From Actinomycetes bacterium (GTDB lineage Bacteria; Actinomycetota; Acidimicrobiia; Acidimicrobiales; JAMCPL01), in the NCBI GenBank assembly GCA_021846515.1, contig JAJZWU010000002.1, positions 40,033-104,032 of the forward strand: DNA of 64,000 bases, read 5' to 3'. The notes beneath the pieces are model-generated. The model ran no database searches, was not told where the DNA came from, and worked only from the letters and a program-made list of their open reading frames with translations. A program made the translations under genes and the position numbers. Shown piece after piece: positions 55,192 to 64,000 of this stretch (positions are counted from its first letter, which is position 1; each line of letters starts with the position of its first letter).

Positions 55192-55752
55192 GTGTTTGAT
55201 ACAATATTTAATAGTGGTAACATAATTATGGCAGGCGTTATTCATCTTGCTGCGGCTGTTTCGCACTCGAAAACCGCATCTTCGAGTTCGTCTTCTTCCG
55301 GTAGCATAATATATCTGCTTTTCATGGTGCTTATCGTGTATGTGGGCTGGAGACTCATCTTCAGGCCGCAGTCTCAACGAGCCAAGCAGCAGCGACAGGC
55401 CATGTCAGCGTTGAGTGAGGGGGATGATGTCATTACTACGGCCGGAATATATGGCACTATCCTCGAAATAGATGGTGACAAGGTTCATGTGCGCGTGAGC
55501 GACAACTGTGTCCTTACTATGGCAAGGGGCAGTATTGCGCAGAGATTGACCATGTCTGCGTCGGAGGACGATTCTTATGAATCGGAATCAGGGCTTAACG
55601 AGTCACCTGAGGAGTCGACCGATGACTATGGCGCAGAGGAGGAAGGTGCTTACGATCATGATGATCAAGATGATGATGATGATGATGATGAATCTGAGGA
55701 TATCGTTGCAGGAGGTGCCGATGATGAGTATGATAATCGTAACAGAATGTAG
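55192..55752 (+). CDS. yajC: Preprotein translocase subunit YajC with an acidic C-terminal tail
   Basis: TM helix followed by RPQSQRAKQQRQAMSALSEGDDVITTAGIYGTI. GTG start 8 nt after GAGGAAAG. The tail contains (GAT)7 at 55669-55689. Confidence 0.8.
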   Translation: MFDTIFNSGNIIMAGVIHLAAAVSHSKTASSSSSSSGSIIYLLFMVLIVYVGWRLIFRPQSQRAKQQRQAMSALSEGDDVITTAGIYGTILEIDGDKVHVRVSDNCVLTMARGSIAQRLTMSASEDDSYESESGLNESPEESTDDYGAEEEGAYDHDDQDDDDDDDESEDIVAGGADDEYDNRNRM

Positions 55753-55791
55753 AAATAGTCGTGTGTATAGTGATATGATGCCTGTAACATT

Positions 55792-57324
55792 ATGAAACGT
55801 TCTTATCTTCTCTCATTGTTTGGAGCCATTATTGTGGCATTGGTTGCATTTGGTGCAGTCCTTTCTGCCGGGTGGTCGCCGAAGCTTGGGCTGGACCTTG
55901 CCGGTGGCGAGGAAGTCGTATATCGTCCTGCTCATGCAGTTCCTCCAAACTATATGACCGAGTCAGTCGATATTATCAATAGCCGTATAAATGGCCTTGG
56001 ACTATCGGGGGCAAATGTCGGTACGCAGGGGGGCGATATTATTGTCCAGCTTCCTGGAGTAAAGAATCCGCAGCAGGTAATAAACACCATAGGTGAGACG
56101 GCACAGCTTTATTTCAGGCCTGCACTCTGTGAGGCGCCACCGTATACTCCCCCTACCGCCAGCAAGGGCAGTAAAGCTCCTACTTCTCCGGGACCGTTGC
56201 CCACGTCATGCCCGTCGGCCAACCAGCTTACCGCTACAAATCTTGGTGTAAAAGCCAGCTCGTCTTCGACGACAGGTTTTACAGAGAACCCTGTACCGGC
56301 AGACAGTGCATTGGCCAGCTACCCCAGCACTCCTGCAAGCAAAGATAATCCATCCTCTGTTGTGCTGCTGCCAGCGTCCAAGTCGTCAGGGCAGGCTGGA
56401 GTGCGTTACCTACTGGGTCCTGCGCAGGTGACAGGTAAGGCACTTTCAGGCGCCTCTTCGACGTTTATCCCGGGTACAGGGTGGGTGGTCAACTACACTC
56501 TTAACTCGGCAGGTGCAGTAGCATGGGATAAACTTGCTCAAGCCCAGTTCCACGCTATTGTAGCCATAGATATGGATGCCCAAGTTGTATCTGCCCCTAT
56601 TATACAGCCGTCACAGTCTGCCTTTACTTCCTTTGGTGGTAGCGGCCAGATAAGTGGCAACTTTACCCATACAAGTGCGTCCAGTCTGGCGCTGGTACTC
56701 CAGTATGGTTCTTTGCCTGTGCCGCTTCACAGGATAACAACAGAGACTGTATCGGCCACGCTCGGACATTCATCATTGAGAGCCGGGCTATTGGCGGGAA
56801 TCATAGGGTTGGCAATTGTCTTGCTCTATATGCTGTTCTATTACCGTGTACTTGGGCTGGTAGTTTTAACTGGGTTACTGCTCACCGCTGCGTTGCTGTG
56901 GGCAATCGTCTCTATTTTCAGCCATGTAAGTGGGCTCACCCTGGACCTCGCAGGGGTTACCGGATTGATCGTATCTGTAGGGATTACCGTTGATTCGTAT
57001 GTAGTGTATTTCGAACGCCTGAAAGATGAAGCCAGATCAGGTCGCTCGATAAGGACAGGAGTCGAGAGGGGCTTCAAGAACGCCTTTCGAACTGTTCTGG
57101 CTGCTGACCTTGTGTCACTGCTGGCTGCCGTGCTGTTGTGGTTCCTAGCTATTGGAACCGTAAAAGGTTTTGCCTTTTTCTTGGGACTCTCTACCCTGCT
57201 TGACATCTTTACCACCTACTTCTTTACCCGGCCATTGGTAATTATGCTTGGGCAGAATAGAGAGGTTACAGAAGCTCGTCATATTGGAGTGTCGAGTGGT
57301 TTGGCTGCGGAGGCGCATTCATGA
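55792..57324 (+). CDS. secD: Protein translocase subunit SecD
   Basis: 510 aa with LGLDLAGG, the periplasmic domain and C-terminal TM bundle (GITVDSYVVYFERLKDE). Confidence 0.9.
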   Translation: MKRSYLLSLFGAIIVALVAFGAVLSAGWSPKLGLDLAGGEEVVYRPAHAVPPNYMTESVDIINSRINGLGLSGANVGTQGGDIIVQLPGVKNPQQVINTIGETAQLYFRPALCEAPPYTPPTASKGSKAPTSPGPLPTSCPSANQLTATNLGVKASSSSTTGFTENPVPADSALASYPSTPASKDNPSSVVLLPASKSSGQAGVRYLLGPAQVTGKALSGASSTFIPGTGWVVNYTLNSAGAVAWDKLAQAQFHAIVAIDMDAQVVSAPIIQPSQSAFTSFGGSGQISGNFTHTSASSLALVLQYGSLPVPLHRITTETVSATLGHSSLRAGLLAGIIGLAIVLLYMLFYYRVLGLVVLTGLLLTAALLWAIVSIFSHVSGLTLDLAGVTGLIVSVGITVDSYVVYFERLKDEARSGRSIRTGVERGFKNAFRTVLAADLVSLLAAVLLWFLAIGTVKGFAFFLGLSTLLDIFTTYFFTRPLVIMLGQNREVTEARHIGVSSGLAAEAHS

Positions 57325-57371
57325 GATATGGATTAGTGTGTCGAGGAGTTTCTATGGAGTTGGCTGAATGA
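57321..57371 (+). CDS. Candidate bridging sORF (16 aa, MRYGLVCRGVSMELAE) between secD and secF
   Basis: ATGA overlap with the secD stop (57321-57324) and ATGA overlap with the secF start (57368-57371). TTGGCTG is repeated upstream of both junctions. Confidence 0.3.
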   Translation: MRYGLVCRGVSMELAE

Positions 57372-58945
57372 CTACCACTGAGACTGTTGTTACGCAAGAT
57401 ACGATTGATGGTGCGGAGCCGGGAGCACCCAAGAGGAAGAACGCCCTTGTAAGGCTATATCGCGGCGATACTCATTTTGACTTCGTAGGGCGTAGAAGGT
57501 GGTGGTATCTGATCTCTGCGTTGGTGATTGTTGCCGGACTTATATCGCTTGGTGTGCAGGGTCTGAACTTTGGGATAGAGTTTCGCGGTGGCACATCCTG
57601 GGAGGTGATAGCCCCGGGTGCTACCGTTCCTCAGGTGCAAAAAGCTATGACGGCTGCAGGACTGACTCAATCTACGATAGAGATTCTCGGTGGTAGGACT
57701 GTTGAGGTTCAGGCGGATTTACTCTCTATGGCTCCGGCTCGTGCTGCAAACATAAAGACGGCAGTTCAAGATGCCATGGCCAGGATAGGGCACATATCTC
57801 CGTCGGCAGTAACTATAAACGACGTTGGACCGACATGGGGAAGCCAGGTAACCCAGAAGGCATTGATTGCATTGATTGCGTTCTTTGTTTGTGTGGTGAT
57901 ATACATATCATTTAGGTTCGAGTGGAAGATGGCCGTAGCTGCACTTATTGCGGTTATACATGACTTGCTCGTAGTGGTGGGAATATATTCACTTACCGGA
58001 TTTCAGGTGACCCCCGATACGGCCATTGCAGTACTGACTATACTTGGTTACTCGCTTTACGATACAGTAGTGGTATTCGACAGGATAGGAGAGAACACTA
58101 AGGGACTTGGGGCGTCGGGGAAGATGACCTACGAAGGGGTAGTAAACCTCTCTATGAACCAGGTGCTCGCCAGGTCTATCAACACTTCGCTGGTAGCTAT
58201 ACTGCCTGTACTGTCTGTGCTGGTTATAGGTGCACAGTTACTTGGAGCTACTACCCTTCAGAGCTTTGGTCTTGCTTTGGTTATCGGTCTTACCTCGGGT
58301 GCTTATTCGTCTATTTTTATAGCATCTCCAGTGCTCTCCTCCCTGAAAGAGAGGGAGCCCAGATACAAGTCGATCAGATCCAGGCTTATCAGCCGTTCGG
58401 ACTATATAGATTTATTAACTCCAAAGCAGGCAGCGCTCATGCAAGCCTCCGGAGGTTCGGGGCAGGGTAGAGGACAATCGGGGCAGGCGACGACACGAAG
58501 GAGCAAGCCTCCTGCCAGAACAGCCGCAGGAAGCAGATCAGCGGCTGGCTCTCGGGATATTATCCGCCCGGCAGGTGGAGCACGCCAATCTGCCACCGGC
58601 GATACTGCACTCGAGGAAGAGAATGCCCGGTTACGTGCCGAGCTTGAAGCCTTACGTGCAAGTGCAGCTCCCAAAAGCGCATCCGGCAGTAGCGGCGCCG
58701 GTAATACAAGCGCTGCCAAGACTGGTGCTGATGATACTGGAGATGTAGATGCAGCCAGCAGTAACGGTGCAACCGGCGCAGTTAATGTCGGTGCCGGCGG
58801 CAATGGTGCAGCAGTAGAAGGCACTGGCGGCTCTGCTGCTTCCAAGGTTGCTGGACACCAAACAGCTGCGCCTTCTCAGGGCGCCCGTACCAATAGAGAT
58901 GCAAATCGTAACAGGTCAAGGAAGAAAGGTACCCGCAAGCGATAG
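57368..58945 (+). CDS. secF: Protein translocase subunit SecF with a long low-complexity C-terminal tail
   Basis: The SecF core spans about aa 30-340 (LNFGIEFRGGT, GYSLYDTVVVFDRI). An A/G/S/R-rich tail of about 170 aa follows. Confidence 0.9.
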   Translation: MTTTETVVTQDTIDGAEPGAPKRKNALVRLYRGDTHFDFVGRRRWWYLISALVIVAGLISLGVQGLNFGIEFRGGTSWEVIAPGATVPQVQKAMTAAGLTQSTIEILGGRTVEVQADLLSMAPARAANIKTAVQDAMARIGHISPSAVTINDVGPTWGSQVTQKALIALIAFFVCVVIYISFRFEWKMAVAALIAVIHDLLVVVGIYSLTGFQVTPDTAIAVLTILGYSLYDTVVVFDRIGENTKGLGASGKMTYEGVVNLSMNQVLARSINTSLVAILPVLSVLVIGAQLLGATTLQSFGLALVIGLTSGAYSSIFIASPVLSSLKEREPRYKSIRSRLISRSDYIDLLTPKQAALMQASGGSGQGRGQSGQATTRRSKPPARTAAGSRSAAGSRDIIRPAGGARQSATGDTALEEENARLRAELEALRASAAPKSASGSSGAGNTSAAKTGADDTGDVDAASSNGATGAVNVGAGGNGAAVEGTGGSAASKVAGHQTAAPSQGARTNRDANRNRSRKKGTRKR

Positions 58946-58953
58946 TATCCAAG

Positions 58954-58974
58954 GTGCATGGCCAGGCCGTGCAC
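58954..58974 (+). terminator. Candidate stem-loop downstream of secF
   Basis: GTGCATGGCC-A-GGCCGTGCAC, a GC-rich hairpin of about 8-10 bp, 9 nt after the secF stop. There is no clear U-tract. Confidence 0.35.
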
Positions 58975-59229
58975 TGTTCAACCCCAAGTAGATGTCGAGC
59001 TGTCCTGATGGATTTTGACGGCGCTGGAAACGGTGACAACTCTCCTGAGACTGACGCCCCTGACAACTTTTGGTAGCTGGGCTTGCACTTTTTTTGGTCA
59101 CCCGTCTTTAGTCGTTCAGCTTTATAGAGGTTGGACGAACACGCATACAACAAACTGTCCATCTGTATAATGGTTGAGTGAATGTGCATCGTCATATGAT
59201 GCCGTTGTTCCTGGTATTCTTTATATTAT

Positions 59230-61560
59230 ATGGAAGCATCGCTCTTAGCGAATCAGGATAATTTATCTGAGACGGTCAACGGCAGATCGCCTTATGGTAT
59301 ATTCACGCAGGGAGATAAAGCGGGTTCCGAGCACCCCGTAGTGCAAATGCTCGTAGCTGAGATGGAATCACATTTCCAAAATCCAGTCGGGGCAGATGAT
59401 ATTCGGTTGATTGCCGGAGCATATGCTATAGCGGCCAGGGCTCATCAGGGACAGTTCAGGAAGTCTGGAGAGCCATTCATCTACCATCCCGTTGAGGTTG
59501 CGAGAATCGCTATCCAGATGGGTATGGATCCGGAATCTATAGCAGCTGCATTGCTCCACGATGTGGTAGAAGATTCTCAGATGTCGGTGGAGGAATTGGC
59601 TGCCCAGGTGGGGGATGCGGTGTCGTTTCTGGTAGATGGTGTCACCAAGCTTGATCGCCTCAAATTCGATTCTTATGAAGCCCGCCAGGCTGCAACCTTC
59701 CGTAAAATGATTGTTGCTATGGCCAGTGATTGGAGGGTCATTGTCCTGAAGCTTGCAGACCGCCTTCACAACCTCCGTACGGTCGCAGTGATGCCGGCGG
59801 ATAGCCAGAAGAGAACTGCCCAGGAGACCTTGGACGTTTACGCCCCTCTGGCGCATAGATTGGGCATGCAGGAGATCAAGTGGCAATTGGAGGATCTTGC
59901 TTTTGCCACGCTCCACCCCAGACGTTACGCTGAGATATCCCAGATGGTCACTGCTCGTGCCCCAGAGAGAGAGGTGTACCTAGGTAAAGTAATAGAAGAT
60001 ATATCGGGCATGCTCTCCAATGCAGGAATAGCTGGGGAGGTGCATGGTAGGCAGAAACATCTTTGGTCGATATATGAGAAGATGGTGGTACGAGGAAAAC
60101 AGTTTGAGGATATATACGATCTGGTGGGGATCCGGATAATCGTAGAATCGGAGAGGGACTGCTGGGCATCACTGGGGTGCCTGCATTCTGCGTGGACTCC
60201 CATACCGGGCAGATTCAAGGATTATGTAAACGTTCCCAAGTTCAACCTTTACCAATCATTGCATACTACGTTGGTCGGCCCCGAAGGTAAGCCTATAGAG
60301 GTGCAGATACGTACATATGATATGCATAGGCGTGCAGAACGAGGGATTGCCGCTCATTGGGAATACAAGGAGGGCGGCTCACAGAGAGGTTTGCAAACCG
60401 AGGACAGCCGTGCCAGCAAATCGGCCTGGATGCGTCGCCTGTCATACCTGGAGAAGGATGATGTCGATCCCGCTGAGTTTATGGAGACTCTCAGGATGGA
60501 CCTGTCCAGTGACGAAGTATATGTGTTCACCCCGAAGGGAAAGGTCGTAGAATTGCCCGCAGGCTCGACTCCGGTCGACTTTGCTTACGCTATCCATACC
60601 GAGGTAGGCCATAGATGTATAGGCGCCAAGGTGAACGGCAGGCTCGTTCCTCTGGATACCAAATTGAGGTCTGCAGATACTGTAGAGGTAGTTGTCTCTA
60701 AGATCCCATCGGCAGGCCCATCGCAGGACTGGACCAAGTTCGTAGTCTCTTCAAAAGCAAGAAACAAGATTCGTCAGTGGTTCAGCAAGGAAAGAAGGGA
60801 AGACGCCATAGAGCTGGGGAGGGAGGACATAAACAAGGCGTTTAGACGTGAAAATATATCTTTATACGATTCAGCTACGTCAGATGCCCTGGATTATGTC
60901 GCCGAAGGCTACGGCTACTGCAATGTCGAGATGCTTTATGCATCTATAGGGGATGGACATCAATCGTCATGGGCTGTCGCGCATAAGGTTGCGCGCCGCC
61001 TAAAGGGTGAAGATGCAGTCGAAGAAAATGTTGCTACAACCCTGACCAATGCTGAGACATCGCGAGGATATCATGATCTGCCGGATAAAAAACCAGTTGC
61101 CGGCATATATGTGGAGGGATTGGATGATGTCATGGTGCATCTTGCGAGGTGCTGCTCTCCGCTTCCCGGTGATCATCTGGTCGGTTTCGTCACCAGGGGT
61201 AGGGGAGTGAGTGTACACAGATCCGGATGTTCTAACCTGGTCGCCATGCAAGCTACTGAAGGTGAGAGGCTAATTGAGGTGGAGTGGAGTGACGCAGGCA
61301 TACACAGTAATGCATTTACCGTTTCGGTTGAGCTTTTGGCATTTGATAGAGCTCATTTGCTGGCAGATGTAGCCAGGCTGGCAGGCGAGCACCATATCGA
61401 TATACTGTCTTCGCATACGAGCACGCGTCGTGATAGGGTAAGCAAGATGAACTTTGAAGTCGTGGTAACAGAGCCCTCCCAGTTGACTACCCTGATAGCG
61501 TCGCTAAAGCGTCTTGACGGTATTTTTGATGTTTACCGTACAATGCCGAGCAAGAAGTAG
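59230..61560 (+). CDS. rel: Bifunctional (p)ppGpp synthetase/hydrolase Rel
   Basis: 776 aa with the HD hydrolase domain (HDVVEDS), the synthetase domain (RQKHLWSIYEKM, DLVGIRII), and TGS and ACT domains. Confidence 0.95.
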   Translation: MEASLLANQDNLSETVNGRSPYGIFTQGDKAGSEHPVVQMLVAEMESHFQNPVGADDIRLIAGAYAIAARAHQGQFRKSGEPFIYHPVEVARIAIQMGMDPESIAAALLHDVVEDSQMSVEELAAQVGDAVSFLVDGVTKLDRLKFDSYEARQAATFRKMIVAMASDWRVIVLKLADRLHNLRTVAVMPADSQKRTAQETLDVYAPLAHRLGMQEIKWQLEDLAFATLHPRRYAEISQMVTARAPEREVYLGKVIEDISGMLSNAGIAGEVHGRQKHLWSIYEKMVVRGKQFEDIYDLVGIRIIVESERDCWASLGCLHSAWTPIPGRFKDYVNVPKFNLYQSLHTTLVGPEGKPIEVQIRTYDMHRRAERGIAAHWEYKEGGSQRGLQTEDSRASKSAWMRRLSYLEKDDVDPAEFMETLRMDLSSDEVYVFTPKGKVVELPAGSTPVDFAYAIHTEVGHRCIGAKVNGRLVPLDTKLRSADTVEVVVSKIPSAGPSQDWTKFVVSSKARNKIRQWFSKERREDAIELGREDINKAFRRENISLYDSATSDALDYVAEGYGYCNVEMLYASIGDGHQSSWAVAHKVARRLKGEDAVEENVATTLTNAETSRGYHDLPDKKPVAGIYVEGLDDVMVHLARCCSPLPGDHLVGFVTRGRGVSVHRSGCSNLVAMQATEGERLIEVEWSDAGIHSNAFTVSVELLAFDRAHLLADVARLAGEHHIDILSSHTSTRRDRVSKMNFEVVVTEPSQLTTLIASLKRLDGIFDVYRTMPSKK

Positions 61561-61611
61561 CAGTATGTATGGTAGGCATATTGTAGGAACCCTACGAATT
61601 GTACGCTGCAA

Positions 61612-62889
61612 ATGACTTTTGAACCGTTACGTTCGCCGGCCGGTACTCACGACGTACTATGGCCACAGTCAGCCAGATGGGAGAGGATAATTGGCGATTT
61701 TGCCGATCGTGCGAGGCTGTATGGGTATAAGCTGCTTATTACGCCGGTCATAGAGGATGCGCGGCTTTTTTCACGCGGCTTTGGCGATGCCAGTGATGTG
61801 GTGGGTAAGGAGATGTATGTCTTTGAAGACAGGGGAGGGCGTACCCTTGCGCTCCGGCCGGAGGGGACAGCCTCTGTGGTGAGGGCATATATACAGCATA
61901 GACCTGCTACTCCGTGGAAAGTGTGGTACCTGACACCGGCGTTTCGCTATGAAAGACCTCAGGCTGGGAGGTATCGCCAGCACCACCAGATTGGGGTAGA
62001 AGCCCTGGGAGTGGATTCCCCCGAGCAGGATGCCGAGATCATTGATCTGGCCATGGGAACGATCCGTGCTGCAGGCCTGAGCGATATTGAGTTGCTCGTC
62101 AATTCGATGGGCTGCGAGGTGTGCAGACCCGTCTATGAGGGGGTATTAAGAGCATTTCTGGCGGAGAATGTACATGCTATGTGCGACTACCATCGTGAGC
62201 ACTGGAGCGAAGTACCGTTACGTGTACTTGACTGCAAGACCGGTGAGTGCAGGGCTGTAACTGATTCAGCGCCGAGAATATCTGAACACCTCTGTGATGC
62301 CTGCATGACGGCATTCGATACTGTCCAGACCGAACTTCAGGTACTTGGTATTACATATACTCTGGAGCATCGTTTGGTACGCGGTTTCGACTACTATACA
62401 CGTACGACATTTGAGATTATATCACATTCACTTAATGCTTCACAGAATGCGGTAGGTGGAGGGGGTCGCTACAATGGTTTATCGGAGATTCTTTCAGGTC
62501 CACCTACCCCAGGTATCGGTTTTGGTATAGGCTTGGAGAGATTGCTGGTGGCATGCGATTCCGAAGGAGCAGTGGAGTGGCACGATCCGGGTGTGGATGT
62601 GTACATAGCTGAGCTTGGACGTGACACTGAAGTAAGTCTCTTGGCGCACCAATTAAGGAACGCCGGCTACTCGGTTGAGAGGTCTTACGAGAACAAGTCT
62701 CTAAAAGCACAGCTACGATATGCAGGCAGGCTTGGGGCGCGTATAGCTCTTATAATTGGCGACAGGGAAATTGCGGAACGTGAGGTTATATTAAAGCCGC
62801 TTGTATCGAAAGACGAACAGTTCACGGTTGGCTGGGATCGTGTAATACAGGAAACAGGTAGATGGTTGGAGAAATGGAAAAAACAATAG
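61612..62889 (+). CDS. hisS: Histidine--tRNA ligase
   Basis: 425 aa with class II motifs (LRPEGTASVVRAY, FRYERPQAGRYRQHHQ, GGGRY). Confidence 0.95.
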   Translation: MTFEPLRSPAGTHDVLWPQSARWERIIGDFADRARLYGYKLLITPVIEDARLFSRGFGDASDVVGKEMYVFEDRGGRTLALRPEGTASVVRAYIQHRPATPWKVWYLTPAFRYERPQAGRYRQHHQIGVEALGVDSPEQDAEIIDLAMGTIRAAGLSDIELLVNSMGCEVCRPVYEGVLRAFLAENVHAMCDYHREHWSEVPLRVLDCKTGECRAVTDSAPRISEHLCDACMTAFDTVQTELQVLGITYTLEHRLVRGFDYYTRTTFEIISHSLNASQNAVGGGGRYNGLSEILSGPPTPGIGFGIGLERLLVACDSEGAVEWHDPGVDVYIAELGRDTEVSLLAHQLRNAGYSVERSYENKSLKAQLRYAGRLGARIALIIGDREIAEREVILKPLVSKDEQFTVGWDRVIQETGRWLEKWKKQ

Positions 62890-62903
62890 CGAATTTGTCC
62901 TCT

Positions 62904-64000
62904 ATGCGTACTCATTATTGTGGCCACCTTGGAGAGGATGATATCGGAAAGCGAGTATCGGTCTGTGGCTGGGTGGCTCATCGCAGGGAGCACGGTGAGT
63001 ACCTGGCATTTGTTGATTTAAGAGACTATACGGGCATTATACAATGCGTCGTGGAAGGGTCTATCGATGTTCGTCCTGAGTGGGTACTATGTATAACGGG
63101 TACACTGAGGCATCGACCCGTCGGCACTGAGAACGAATATCTGAGTACTGGAATGGTAGAGATAACCGACTGCGAATTGGAAGTACTTTCAAAGGCTTCC
63201 CCACCACCGTTTCCGGTAGAGGATCGAATTGAAGCTGATGAGTCGCTGCGCATGCGCTACAGGTTCGTAGATCTTAGGCGCCCCAAGATGCAATCGAACT
63301 TGAGATTGCGTTCAGCGCTCTTGCAGTCATTACGCCGAGGCATGGTGGACAGAGGGTTTTGTGAAGTGGATACTCCGCTACTCTGGACACCCACCCCTGA
63401 AGGTGCGAGGGAGTTTGTAGTACCGTCCAGACTGAGAAGGGGAGAGTTCTACGTATTACCTCAGAGCCCCCAGATTGCAAAGCAACTTCTTATGGTTTCG
63501 GGCATAGACAGGTACTTCCAGATTGCCAAGTGCCTGCGTGATGAGGACTTGAGGGCAGACAGGCAGTTTGAATTCACCCAGTTGGATATCGAGGCATCTT
63601 TCGTGGAGGCTGAGGATATACGTAATATTGTCGCAGATGTCGTACTTGAAGCAATTGAGGCTGTAACCGGTTCTGATATAGGACCTGTGGGTGTGCTCAC
63701 ATGGAAAGAGGCAATTGATCGTTTTGGTACGGATAAGCCTGATACCAGGGGTGGGATGGAGCTGACAGACCTGACAAGTTGCTTTGCCGGCACTTCGGCA
63801 CGTGCATTGAGCGCACCGTGCGTGAAGGCCATAGTTGTACCTGCAAATCATGGTGACAGCCCGCTTAGTCGTAACATGCTGGATGGTTTGGTGGAGCATG
63901 CAAAGAGCCTCGGCGGAAAGGGATTGGCTTGGTTCAGGGTGACCAGAGGTGAGGACGGTAGCTTGCAGCTGGAATCTCCACTGGTAAAGTTTTTGGATGA
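62904..64000 (+). CDS. aspS: Aspartate--tRNA ligase (partial, runs off the window end)
   Basis: Not in the ORF track because no stop lies in the window. My translation from ATG 62904 gives MRTHYCGHLGEDDIGKRVSVCGWVAHRREHGEYLAFVDLRDYTGIIQCV, then FELPQSPQ-type class II motifs in frame. ATG 62874 is an alternative start. Confidence 0.85.
   Translation, partial: MRTHYCGHLGEDDIGKRVSVCGWVAHRREHGEYLAFVDLRDYTGIIQCVVEGSIDVRPEWVLCITGTLRHRPVGTENEYLSTGMVEITDCELEVLSKASPPPFPVEDRIEADESLRMRYRFVDLRRPKMQSNLRLRSALLQSLRRGMVDRGFCEVDTPLLWTPTPEGAREFVVPSRLRRGEFYVLPQSPQIAKQLLMVSGIDRYFQIAKCLRDEDLRADRQFEFTQLDIEASFVEAEDIRNIVADVVLEAIEAVTGSDIGPVGVLTWKEAIDRFGTDKPDTRGGMELTDLTSCFAGTSARALSAPCVKAIVVPANHGDSPLSRNMLDGLVEHAKSLGGKGLAWFRVTRGEDGSLQLESPLVKFLD

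Noticed and set aside
58782-59195. Minus-strand ORFs of 137 aa and 61 aa in the secF-rel spacer.
   Set aside because: The longer one overlaps the secF 3' end. Neither has recognisable domains or an RBS, so they are treated as non-coding.
61565-61615. A 16-codon ORF (MYGRHIVGTLRIVRCK) starting 5 nt after the rel stop and ending in the ATGA of the hisS start.
   Set aside because: Only the downstream end is an overlap and no sequence duplication is visible. A one-sided case like this is plausible by chance, so it is noted as a weak relative of the bridge pattern.
1-64000. A scan for CRISPR arrays, IS or transposase genes, integrases, toxin-antitoxin pairs, or known defence-system genes.
   Set aside because: No regularly spaced repeats were found, and none of the ORF translations show transposase, integrase, Cas or defence-like motifs. 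The window is essentially housekeeping and envelope genes.

Overview
This is a 64-kb chromosomal core region from a moderate-GC Gram-positive genome. Gene order points to Actinobacteria, possibly an Acidimicrobiia-like lineage, but that is inference from synteny only. I call about 56 protein genes. I found no rRNA, tRNA, CRISPR array, IS element or prophage. Conserved blocks are DUF501-ppx, bioA-bioF-bioD, uvrC-rapZ-yvcK, lpd-E2-lipB/lipA, metH with a divergent PduO-type adenosyltransferase, def-fmt-rpe-gcvH-FHA-merR-BFN nuclease, and ruvC-ruvA-ruvB-yajC-secD-secF-rel-hisS-aspS. Accessory content is mostly cell-envelope glycan genes: 1685-5262, 22394-24382, 27180-29732, 39168-42308 and 48336-49778. 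The most unusual signal is not a gene cluster. It is a recurrent pattern of short local duplications (14-78 nt) at gene ends and inside linkers. At four junctions (bioA/bioF, gcvH/FHA, ruvC/ruvA, secD/secF) the spacer holds a short ORF that starts in an ATGA overlap with the upstream stop codon and ends in an ATGA overlap with the downstream start codon. Other points of interest are a single-ORF LipB-LipA fusion, a methyltransferase-GT2-coiled-coil fusion, a divergent MreB-like gene where whiA is expected, a hairpin-rich GC-rich 330-nt spacer upstream of a polysaccharide deacetylase, and a repeat-dense AT-rich leader upstream of a Tat-signal phosphoesterase. All calls come from reading the sequence and ORF translations by eye; no searches were run.
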